DNA from: Hypanus sabinus
Lineage: Eukaryota
Reading direction: 5' to 3'
Assembly: GCF_030144855.1 (NCBI RefSeq)
Contig: NC_082722.1
Coordinates: 27,156,001-27,220,000, forward strand
Length of the DNA stretch: 64,000 nucleotides
Position 1 is the stretch's first letter. Each line of letters starts with the position of its first letter. The notes beneath the pieces were generated by a model. It was given only the letters and a program-made list of their open reading frames with translations. It did no database searches and was not told the origin of the DNA. This document shows positions 22,720-33,344 of the stretch, one piece after another. The translations under genes and the position numbers were made by a program.

Positions 22720-24030
22720 TTAAGGTGTATGCAAAAGACGGGCAACTATTGGCCAGTTAGCTCAACATCTATAGTCGGGAAAATGCTTGAAGCTGTCACT
22801 AACGGAGAAATAGCGAAACATTTGGAAAGGAATGGCCCCATTAGATAGACGCAGCATGGATTCAAAAAGGGCAGGTCCTATCTGACAAGCTTACTGGAGT
22901 TCTTTGAGGACATAATGAGTGCAGTGGATGGAAAGGAACAAGTGGGTGCCGTATGCCTGGATTTTCAGAAGGCGTCCGATAAGGTGCCGCATAAGAGAAT
23001 TATAAATTAGATATGGATGCATGAAGTCGGATGAAGTGTATTGGCATGGATAGCGGAATGGTTATCCAACAGACGGCAGAGTGATAGTATAAGTGGGCAT
23101 TCCTCCGGTTAACAGCCAGTGACGAGTGAGGTGCCGGAGGGGTCAGGGCTGAGCCCGCAGTTGTTTATAAATTGCATTGAAGATTGGAAGAGGGGACTGA
23201 GCGCAGCGTAGCAAATTTGCGGTTGACACTAAACTCAATGGAAAAACAAAGTATGTGGAGGATATGGACTACAGAGGAATATAGATAGATTAAGAGAGTG
23301 GGACAAGGTCTGGCTGATGGTAAACGCCAGATCATCCACTTTGGAAGGTATAATATAAGAGCAGATTATTACTTAAATGGTGAAAGATTGCAGCATGATA
23401 TTGCGCGGAGGGACTTGGGAGTGCAACTGCTTATTAAGAAGGCAAATGAAATCTTGGCTTTCATTGCTGGAGGGATTGAATTCGAGAGCTGGGAAAATGT
23501 ACAGGTTTCTGGTGACTGCACCTGCAGTACTGTGTGCATTTCTGGTCACCATACTTGAGGAAGGATATATTGGCTTTCGATGCAGTGCAGAAGAAGTTCG
23601 CCAGTTTGATTCCAGAAATGATGAGGAGAGATTGATTCACCTGGGACTATTGTATACCCTCTGGAATTCAGAAGAATGAAAGTGAATCTTATAGAAACAT
23701 ACACAATTTTGAACGGGATAGATAAGATAGAAGCAGGAAAGTTGTTTCCATTGGTAGGGGAAACTAGAACTAGGGGAATTTGCCTTAAGGTTCAGGGAGG
23801 AAGATTTAGGACGGAGATGAGGAGAAACTGTTTTTTTTTCTCAGAGAATAGTGAATATGTGGAATTCTCTGCCCAGGCAAGCAGTTGAGGTTTCTTTACT
23901 AATATATTTAAGATAAAATTAGATCGATTTTTTGCAGAGTAAGGAAATTAACGGTTATGGGGAAAAGGCAGGGAGATACAGTTTAGTTTACGGACAGATC
24001 AACCATAATTTTACTGATTGGCGGGTCAGG
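22720..24030 (+). mobile_element. CR1 RT/3' fragment in intron 2
   Basis: LDFQKAxDKVPH-like region; IHFGRYN..YYLNGERLQH..RDLGV; NLIETYTILNGIDKIEAGKLFPL. Confidence 0.9.
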
Positions 24031-24400
24031 CTCAATGGGCCGGATGGCCTACTCCAGCTCATATTTCTTATGTCCTTTTGTGCTGGCTGCGGAATACCTC
24101 AAGGCGGGAAGAGGGTGAGGCGTTGTGTCGAAATATAGGAATAACATATATATGGTTGGAAACATCAACGGTCCAACTGATATGTTGAGCAAAGGCCAAC
24201 CTCCAGAATCACATCTAAATGATACATACAACAATCCGAAAAGATCTAAAATGATATCTTACTTTTTTAAAACGATGTAAAGCAAATTTGTGGCACAAAT
24301 ATTAAACCAGCTATATCATTTCACAACATTTACGCAATCGTGGCTATTCTTCAAATGCAAAGAGATGAAAATTTTCACCTACAGGAATAAAGACACGTAC

Positions 24401-24706
24401 CTAACATAATAAATCTGAGAACCACTTCCATTTCCCAATATTTGTTGTTGACTTCTCACTTGACAGTAATACACGCCGACGTCTGCATATCTCACATTCA
24501 GGAGGGTAAATGTGCCCGTACCTTTCTTTATATTGAATTGATTTCTGCTGTCTGGTTCTATAAATGTTTTCTGACCCTCCTTCCACCACGAAACTTCAGC
24601 AGATCTGGTAGTATTGGAAATTTGCAGTACATGGATTCATTTCCACCAATTGAGGCTTTTAAGGTTGGAGGGATTTGTTCCACTTTGACCGAAGTTGTTT
24701 TTATGG
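24401..24706 (-). pseudogene. Exon 2: V-set Ig domain with germline-joined J-like end, two frameshifts
   Basis: Acceptor ctcacttatgctttgtcag, donor TAG|gtacgt. Frame 1 gives AIKTTSVKVEQIPPTLKASIGGNESMYCKFPILP, then stops at 24558-24560. The shifted frame gives SAEVSWWKEGQKTFIEPDSRNQFNIKKGTGTFTLLNVRYADVGVYYCQVRSQQQILGNGSGSQ with B-Cys, C-Trp, DxGxYYC and GxG motifs. Exon length is 306 nt (multiple of 3). Confidence 0.9.
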
Positions 24707-24894
24707 CTGACAAAGCATAAGTGAGAATTATAAATACAGTTGCATTCACTGAACAACAAAATCAGCAGAAAAATTAGGCAGAACAATGGTATGCGAATTG
24801 GATGCTTACTGTGGCTAAATTTGCTGCGGGTAAATAATGTATAATATAATAAAATGTGTGTTTTAATAGATTGAGCACAAAAAATTTAGCATAC

Positions 24895-24949
24895 CTGGCC
24901 AAATCGCGGCGAGCAGAGCCACAAACCAAACGGCTGCATCCAGCGACAT
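24895..24949 (-). CDS. Exon 1: signal peptide MSLDAAVWFVALLAAIWP
   Basis: ATG at 24949, hydrophobic 18-aa leader, phase-1 donor CAG|gtatgc, 188 nt upstream of the V exon. Confidence 0.85.
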
Positions 24950-25039
24950 TGCAAATGAGAGTGGTCTCTCTGATAGATAGATATTCATAGGATGTAATAA
25001 TCAAGTGCAAATTATATATGAAGTCACATGGTCAAGGCT

Positions 25040-25515
25040 ACGTCGATGCCTTGGGTAGGAAAATGCTGTAGATATAGAAAATCCTGTGGAATATACAGAA
25101 CGAGCGAGCGAAGCTCTACATCAATGATGAAAATCAAACAGTCGATGTTTTGGGGTAAGATATTTCTTCAGGACAGGAAAGGAAGGGGGAAGAAGTCACA
25201 ATAAGTAGATAGAGGAGTGAAAGACCTATAAGCAGGCAGGTGATAAGTGGGGAAGGGGGACTTAAAGAGATGGCACTTGATAGGTGGATTTATATTCCAT
25301 CTCGAAAGCCTCCAACCTGCTGATCTGAATATAGATTTCTCTAACTTTCAGCAATTTCTCCCGTACTCCTTTCATCGTTTTCTATTTCACATTAATGGTC
25401 TCTTTTTATCCCTTCTCCTCTCTTCACCTCTCTTTGCTGCTGCTCCTCGTTCACTTCCTTCAATGGCCCAATGTCCCCTCCTATCCGATTCCTTCTAACT
25501 TCGTCCTTTACCACT
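25040..25515. mobile_element. Penelope-like terminal fragments upstream of the receptor gene
   Basis: FHLESLQPADLNIDFSNF (plus, 25247-25498) and the PLE 3'-end motif. Confidence 0.65.
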
Positions 25516-25516
25516 T

Positions 25517-25588
25517 GAAGTTAATAACTCATCAGGGGTGATTAATAAGTTGGTGGTCTAAGGCAGATGGAGATGAGTTATTAACTTC
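25517..25588. repeat. 17-bp perfect inverted repeat with 38-nt spacer at the edge of an unclassified repeat (to about 25820)
   Basis: GAAGTTAATAACTCATC (25517-25533) / GATGAGTTATTAACTTC (25572-25588). Confidence 0.85.
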
Positions 25589-26519
25589 CACCTTTCTGCG
25601 TGATTATAGAACAGTTGACCTGAATGTGTATGTAAAGGGAGCTGTACAATTCATCTCCTTCTACCTTAGGCCACGAACCTATCAATCACTCTCTGTGGGC
25701 ACTTTCTGGAGGTCCAAGATCCAACTGCTCCACCACCTCTGGACTAAGTGTATAAATTTAGGAGGGGGTTATTTTGAAAAGTAAATGTGCTAGTTTCTTT
25801 CTAAAATTGACTCCTCACTTAAGCGAAGAACGTATCAATCCCCCCTCACACAGCACAGGAAAATGTATTTCGACCAATGTTGCCTGCAGTGATCATAATG
25901 CAAATTCAATTCTATCTGATCGGACATGGGTTACATCGCTCTTTTGCGCCTGTTTGTGTGCATGTTTGAATGTCTTTTAACCATTGCCATCAAATCAACA
26001 CTCTCTTGTAGCACTGTCAAATCGGTTACTACGTTCCCGGTAATGTACCTGCTTTGCAACCTCTGACGAATGGTCTCGGCCCGATATGTCGACAGTGCTT
26101 CTCCTTATAGATGCTGCCTCGCCTGCTGTGTTCCACTAGCATTTTGTTTCTGTTGTTTAGATATTGAGACACTGTTTCGCAACATCGAAAGGGAACGGGT
26201 TCAAACAATTCCCGAAAGAAATATGAGATGTACTTCCGTAGACCTGCCGGGAATTATGAGAGCACAACGGTAACATGATATAACTTCTAAATAGAAAACA
26301 AAAGGAAATGAGGAAATAGTGAACGAGAAATCGCGATGACAGAGCTGTAAATTATTATTTCCCATCACTGCGGTGAAAATCCTGGAAACTAAGGGATTAA
26401 TGGGAATAAACATCAGTTTTTTTTAACAGATCTACATGAAAAAAAAATGGAGGTGTCGGGGGAACGAGGTGTTAACGGTGTAAGAACTCAGACCGTTTAA
26501 TGAACTTACGGCATCTGAT

Positions 26520-27760
26520 CAAGTGTATCCTTTGACACTGTGAGAAGCTAGAGGAGAAATTGTAAGGTCTATTGCAAATATATCAGCATCGTCTTTAATG
26601 AAGATTGTGTTACCGTAGCTCTGGAGAGTGGCAAATGTGCATTTAGTTAAGAAGATCTGCAAGGACAAGAGGAGAGCTGAAGGTGGCGAGCCCAGCACTG
26701 GTACGTGGAAACATATTGGAGTGGAACGGAAGGAAATAATCGATCACAATTTGAAAAGGGAAAGGTCGAAAATGTGCCGGTGATCATGGATTTGTCATTT
26801 GGAATCGCAAAATTGATTGAGTTGCTTTGATAAAGAAATGAAGAAAATTATGGAGTGCAGCAATTGGACTATGCCTTCCTTGACTTTGCAAGGTCCCGTT
26901 TGGCAGGCTTGCACAGAAAACTCGATGACATGGGAGCCAGTGTAAGCCAGCCACCTGAACACGAGAGTACAAAATTGGGTTAGTAGAGGGAGTCAAATGG
27001 TGATAGTGGAAATCTGATATCAAGAATGATGGCCTGCAACGAGTAGTGTGCTGTACAGGTAGGCTCTATTTCCAGTATTGTTTGTCATCTCCGAAATATT
27101 CAGATTAACTTCCTTAATATCTTTCGGAATGCAACGAAATTGGTGGTATATTAAATAGTGAAAGATATCAACGATAATAAACTGCGAAAGCAGGAAACGC
27201 AATTGCAGATTGAAGCTTGAAAGGGTCCAGAAACGTCCAGAAAATTATCACAAATACATTTGCATGACAGCATGTTTTGTAGCTGGAGGGAAAGTCTGGG
27301 GTTACTGTTCACTAGAGCACAACAGTTTGAGTGGTAACCTTATATATTCAGGGGTGTTAGCAGGGGTATGGTTACAGTCTTTTACACAGAATAGCTGAAT
27401 CGAAAATCAGGATGCATTAATTCAAGTTGAGTGAGAAAACATTTAAATGAATCTGGGCAATTTTCCCAAAGCAAGGGAGCTTGGTAACTGGAAGAGAGTA
27501 TGGGTGAATCTGTAGAAGTGGGTATGATTGCAATGTGTTAGAAACATTCGGATTGGTGCACAAACATAAAAGTTTTACTGTGGTAAGATACAAACGCAAG
27601 AAATTCGGTCTATCTGGGATAGGTTCTTCCGTGTTCATGGGCGAAATGGGCCAATGTCCTGGTGCAGTGCCGTATGGAACCATGAATCCATCTGGTTGGT
27701 GGTGGGGTTTGAAATGCCTGGGTTAGTAGGGTGTTGTGAGAATGCTATAGAGTTATTGTG
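26520..27760 (+). mobile_element. Degraded CR1 fragments
   Basis: Remnant RT-region sequence and KLERVQKR-like C-terminal motif (27210). Confidence 0.6.
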
Positions 27761-28964
27761 TGATTTATGTAATTGGTGCTTGATAGCAGGCATGGACGTA
27801 GTCGGGCGAATGTGTTCTGTGCATGTATAACTTATTCCCGTAAGCCAGAAAAGTATTCTCCAATTGTGGCCTCATGTTAAGGTTAAGTGAAGAAAGAAGG
27901 ACTGGAACCAGTTGTCCCATTCATATGAACATAATTTATGGGAAACAAATACCCACCTGTCTTTCAATGCTGAGAGCAATATTCTCCTACTGGTTTATAG
28001 AGGGGAATGATAATTATCACAGTCGAGGGGAAAACAAAATACAGATGTCTTAAGAGTTTAAAATGCACCTTTTAAATATTCGCCAGGTTGTATGTAAATC
28101 GGCAAATGCCTGGTAATTGAAATTCATTCACTGCTAAAGCGGTGTTTAATCTGTTTGAAAGTACTGATAACTAAAAAAAAAACATTTCTTTAGAGTTTTA
28201 AGATTTTAAAATCTTTAACTTTTGTTTTCATTTTAGAAGATTTGAAAAGTTTTCAAATTTACCAAAAAAATCAGATGGTTTAAAAGTTTTGGATTTGATA
28301 GTCTCAGTTAACTCGAAGTCTATTGCATTAACTTGCTTAAGAGATGTGTTGGACTATTCGAGAAACCCCAGGCATTGTGCAATATTTGCCTATTACCACG
28401 TGCATGACTTTATCACATAAAATGTTTCCCAGCCACCAGGAGCGTTCTCATAGTTAAAAAGTACTGACAGGCATATGGCAAAGATTGCAAATTTCACTGC
28501 ACTTATACTGTAACATGAAAGGTGCTTGGTAGAATAGGGAGAATGGAAGAGTGGGAAACAAAATCACTCACTTAATTTGCATCCATTCATCGAGTGATCG
28601 ATCAGAAGTCTTAGATCTGTATCGCTCTCCGCTGATGGTCCATGTTTCCTGTTCTTTTGTGGGCATTGGTTTTTTCGAATATTTTCCTGCTTTTGTCCAG
28701 AAATTACTGTGCTATCTAACCTGATATTCAGCCTCATGGTTTTGTATTACTTCATTCATGTCTTTGAAAACATAGTGAGAAGATTGGGTACAAGACCAAA
28801 GGGACTTCAACATGCTGTGTGCTCCTTCTTCCCTTCTCTCAACGTCAGCCATCGAAGCAATTCTCCGTCAGACACAGCACGTTACCTTTAGCTCCCAGTG
28901 TTGCTATTTTCCCATAATGCCGAATATTTTCTCAAAGGACTGATAAAAGAACATACATATCAGT

Positions 28965-29680
28965 AACACAGGAGACTCTACAGATACTGGAATCTCGAGC
29001 AATACACAGAAAATGAACTCAGCAGTCCAGGCAACATCTATGGGAATGAATGGACAGTCAACTTTTCGGTCCGACTCACTCCATTAGGATTGGAAAGGAC
29101 GGATGAATATGTCAGAATAAAAAGGCAGTGGGATGCAGGACAAATTGGAAGCACATATGTGAAATCAGGTTGAGGGGGCTTTGGGGGGAGGGAGAATGAG
29201 GATCGTGTGCGGTTGGGCGGTGGGAATGCAAAGAGCTGGAGAAGAAGAAATCTAACAGGAGAGGAGAGTAGACTACGGGAGAAAGGGAAGGAAGTGGGAC
29301 AGAGCGGAGGTTATAGGAAGCAGAGGACAGAGGTGGGAACATAAGAGAGATTTGGGAGGGAAAATACTTGAAGGAGAAGTCGATGTTAACGTCGTCACGT
29401 TGGAAACTACCAAGACTGAATCCGAGCTGTTGATCGCCCACGCTGAGTGTAACCTCATGAAGGTGTAAAAAGAGAACATGAATCGAAATGTCGGAACGTG
29501 AATGCATAGGAGTAAAAATATTTGGCCACTTGCAAATTCCGCATTTCGGGATGGACTGGAGTTGCTAGAAAAAGTGGTTCTCCCAGTTTATGTGGAGTCT
29601 CACCAGTGTAGAGGAAGCCGCATCTGTAGCTCTGGCAAACGACGCTAACCGATTTGCAGGTGCAGTGTTCACCTACAATG
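28965..29680 (-). mobile_element. Penelope-like fragment, paralogous to 1-590
   Basis: HSRSDISIHVL...GDQQLGFSLGSFQRDDVNIDFS; includes the PLE 3' terminus at 28965-29100. Confidence 0.8.
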
Positions 29681-30499
29681 GAGGCCATGAAGTTATTATT
29701 TTCAGGATGTCATCGCCTGTCAGGCATTATTTCCTTCTATATAGATTTACATTTTTTGATTCGAAAAATGCTGGTGTCTTCGCCCATCTTCAAAGTCATT
29801 TTGCATAGTTATGTCAGTTTAGAGCCTAGCTCGGTTGTGAAATTAATTACATAATTAATATCCTTTTATTCATAGAACGGCCACTTCTTTCTTTCAGTGG
29901 GCGATCTGACGTCGATATGCGATCACATTTCATTAGTTTCTCCCTTAAATGAAAATCAACCACAATCATTTTGCAAACAGTCCCTCATCATGTAACCCTT
30001 CACGCTTTGAAGGCGGTCAACAATTGATACGGTTAAAGATTAAACTTAAAAATCTGTATTATTAACATGGTGATGAAGCTTCTCATTTTTTTTCTTTCCA
30101 GGTTGCACACGCCATAGAATCGAAACTCGGATGTCGCAGAAAAACATTAGAAACATTCAATTGCGAGGTAGAGGCTTTGAGGTTACTTAATATATAAAAA
30201 AGATCGAGCTTTACAAATAAAGCCAACAGTACTCAACTCGATTTTGAGACACATTAAATGTTAACCACAACGGCTTTCTGTGATCTCATCAGAGGGCCTG
30301 TTATTGTATTTCTATTCTCTGCTTTTTGTAATGTCCTGTTAACCTGCACGAGGAGTTTGTTGTAGATCTTTAGTTGAAAGAAAACATTTAATCCTGGAGG
30401 GTATCACGGAAGTGGGCTCTTCGACCAGTTCAATCCATTCAGAACGAAAATATTTACGTGGGCTGTGGTTATTCTTGCCTGAAGCACGGTACCACTTCC

Positions 30500-30950
30500 T
30501 CTAACAACTTGTTCTGTATACCCACTGTCCTCTGCTTGAAAACCATGCCGTGTCCAGGTGCCCTTTAAATCTTTTCTTTCTCAGCTCACAGCTGTGTCTT
30601 CTAGATTTGGATCCCCTGTCTTCAGAAATGGGCTTTGAGCATCTTGTATATTAATGTCCGTAGCAATTGTTTTATTTTCAATTTCATAAAGTTGTCCCTC
30701 AGTCACCTGTACTCCAGAGTAAACAGTCCCATGTCTATCCAATCTCTCCGTGCCACTAAAGCCTTCCATCCCAGGCAAAGTCCCAGAAAATCTCTTTTGC
30801 AATCGTTCTAACTCTACTACGTGCTATCTGTGGACCAGACGAGCACACGGCACTCCAAAACCGGCGTGCCCATTGTCTATTGGGACAACATGGTGCTTCA
30901 GCTCTTGTCTAAATACTGCCAAGAGGGCAACTCGGCTAAACGCCTTCTAA
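30500..30950 (-). mobile_element. CR1 3' fragment
   Basis: MQKRFSGTLPGMEGFSGTERLDRHGTVYSG. Confidence 0.7.
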
Positions 30951-31280
30951 TCTGGATCCTGGTGTGTCGTCTTTAAGTGCACACTAAAATCCCTTTGTGC
31001 CTTAACGCTTCTAAGTTCCGTCCAGTATATCCTGCCACTATCCACGGCAGAACAAATCATAAGCACAGAAGATTCTGAAATCTAGTATAACAAACACAAA
31101 ATGCTGGAGGAACTCAGCAGGTCAAACGCCATCTCTGACAGGGGCTCCCGACCTCGCTTAATGGTGGGTGTCCATGGCATGAAAAGGTTAGAAACCCCTG
31201 AGATATGGATAGTTTATAATATAAACAATCAACAGTTCGGGTCGAGACCCTTCTTCAGTGTTTGAAGAGGATATACTCAC

Positions 31281-31387
31281 GGTTAGCCTGTTTTTCTTCT
31301 TAGGGGGAAGGAAGCAATGTTCCCTCTACTTAATTTTTAACGGCATCACGAATCAACAATACCTCCAAGAAAGAAATTTTGCCATGG
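31281..31387 (-). other. Candidate decayed exon (possible TM exon) with canonical splice sites
   Basis: Acceptor ataatctttctacaag, donor CC|gtgagt. All three frames contain stops; one reads HGKISFLEVLLIRDAVKN*VEGTLLPSP*EEKQAN. Confidence 0.3.
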
Positions 31388-33344
31388 CTTGTAGAAAGAT
31401 TATGCACGGACTGGCAGTTTATTAATAATGCTCTACCGATTTACATTCTGCGCATATTGTCTTTGCTTATCGATGTAACTTTAAACACTGACCATGTAAA
31501 TCCTTTGAAACTCTAAAATGTTACGAAGTAAAGGTTGTGAAACGGTTGTTACGTTAAAAAAACACATACGGATACCAACACAATTAATTACAGGTTATTT
31601 CATAATTATTTCAGCAAAACAATGCTACGCGTGCGGGAGTGCTTCAGTTACCACGTGGTGGCGCACCCGCACAGATGAGAGGGAACAGTAATGCCAAGAG
31701 TATACAGACTAAAGTGATGGGAGGTTGGTTTTCTGATAAACTGAGCTGTGTTCATAACCTTCGTCATTTTGGCTGTGTTGTGCAACCTCCCACTGTCAGC
31801 ATTTAGTTATTACTATTGATTCGAGACTTGTGTATAGTTTTGAATCATGGTAAAGCTAAATCTTGCTGTACAAAAGCTTACCGTTGTGTTCGTTACAGAC
31901 GAGGATTATACCTCTCTGGAGAAATCATCTTCATTTTGAATCATCGATATAAACTCGACTATCGACGGCTGTAGTGCATTGGTTCTGAATAAAAATAGGG
32001 CCTCTCATCATCATGCAGAAAGGGCACTCTGTGAATAAACAATGTTATTTCAATCCGCAATCTGTATGATTCATCCACAAAGTGCAAAATACAAGGATGG
32101 TCACTGGGGACTCACTGCCTTCCCACCTGCCTTCAGATTTGTAAATACAATACGGTCCCTGTATCTACGTTGAGTTACCACGCCAGCAGTCATTACCCTA
32201 CAAGACAATCAAATGCTACTTTCACAGTCCAGCAGGTAGGAAGAGTTAAAGCTTGCCTTACGAGGTAGCACATTTATTTGCTGTTATTATATTTAAGTTA
32301 CACCCTGCGCTGCCATGAAGCTTTATCAAGTGAATTCAATACCTTTATATAATTGTTTCCGTGTGGGTGGGATCACAATTCAGCGAATGCTTACAAGATG
32401 CTAATATCACTTATTTATTGTTTCCTTCTTATGCTGCCAGCTGGTCACTCAGTTATTTGGCCGCGCAAATATAATATTTATTTCACATCGTTCTGTGACC
32501 TGAACATGTTTTTCTCTTTTTAAGCCTGTCAAGTAACAGCTAAGACATTGATAAGATTAACGGTGAAAAAATAGTAAACATAAATTTCAATATGATATTT
32601 ATTACAGTGTGCAATATTCATTCGTGAATGAGAGCTCCAACAGATTTACATAGTTATACATACATTTACTGTAGCCACTGCTTCTGAAATTTGTTTTACA
32701 TAGAGTGCATCAAGAGGATTTGGCAATGTAGTGCATTCACGTGTTTTTCTATCATCTTGAGAAAGCTCTGTTCATTTTGTATGCAGGATATTCTACAGTG
32801 CTAGCAAATAATGCTACAGGGTTGAAACGACGATGAAATGAATTGACAATGAATAAGTCTTGAAGCATATTTTAGAAAATATCAACAGCACTTCACATTT
32901 GCTTGCTGAATTGGAGAGCTTTTATGACTTTGCGATTCACGAAAATGACAATCGGTTGTTTGTTAATTTTATTCGTCGGTAGATGTAAAACGAAAAAGAG
33001 AGATAGGTATAGAAATAAATTGTTCATTAATAATAAGATATTGCATTTGGAACTGTTACTTGTATGTTGAAGTGAAAACATTATTTACGTGGGGAAAGGT
33101 CGAGGGGATTTGAGATGTAATGTGATCTGGGTGAAGGAAGCCAATGAATGATTCTCGATGAGAAATCTACACCAGCCACCCATTATTCAGACAAATCGTC
33201 AAGCAGCAAGGGGGCTGTAGGGGTCACGAGTCGGGGGGAAAAACGAGGATGCCGATCAAGCCAATCAGCCATAAGATCAGAAGATACAGGAGGAGATACT
33301 GGCCATTTTGCCGATGGCGTCTGCTCCTTCATTTCTTGCTGAGA

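Larger units (their letters stand above)
12617..24949 (-). pseudogene. IgSF inhibitory-type receptor gene (leader-VJ-C1-TM-ITIM/ITSM; SIRP/NKp30/VJC1-like architecture), 7 exons, V exon frameshifted
   Basis: Manual exon chain 24895-24949, 24401-24706, 19763-20035, 18722-18836, 18602-18642, 18060-18103, 12617-12754. All introns are GT-AG and phases agree (1,1,1,2,1,0). Total 972 nt = 323 aa + stop if the two V-exon indels are repaired. Confidence 0.85.

Noticed and set aside
24300-24800. Recombination signal sequences around the V exon
   Set aside because: No CACAGTG heptamer with a 12/23-spaced nonamer seen, and the J-like motif is already in the exon. Scattered heptamers elsewhere lack nonamers.
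28568-28760. Minus-strand hydrophilic open stretch ending at a strong donor (TAA|gtgagt)
   Set aside because: No convincing acceptor or frame, no motif and no paralog in the window.
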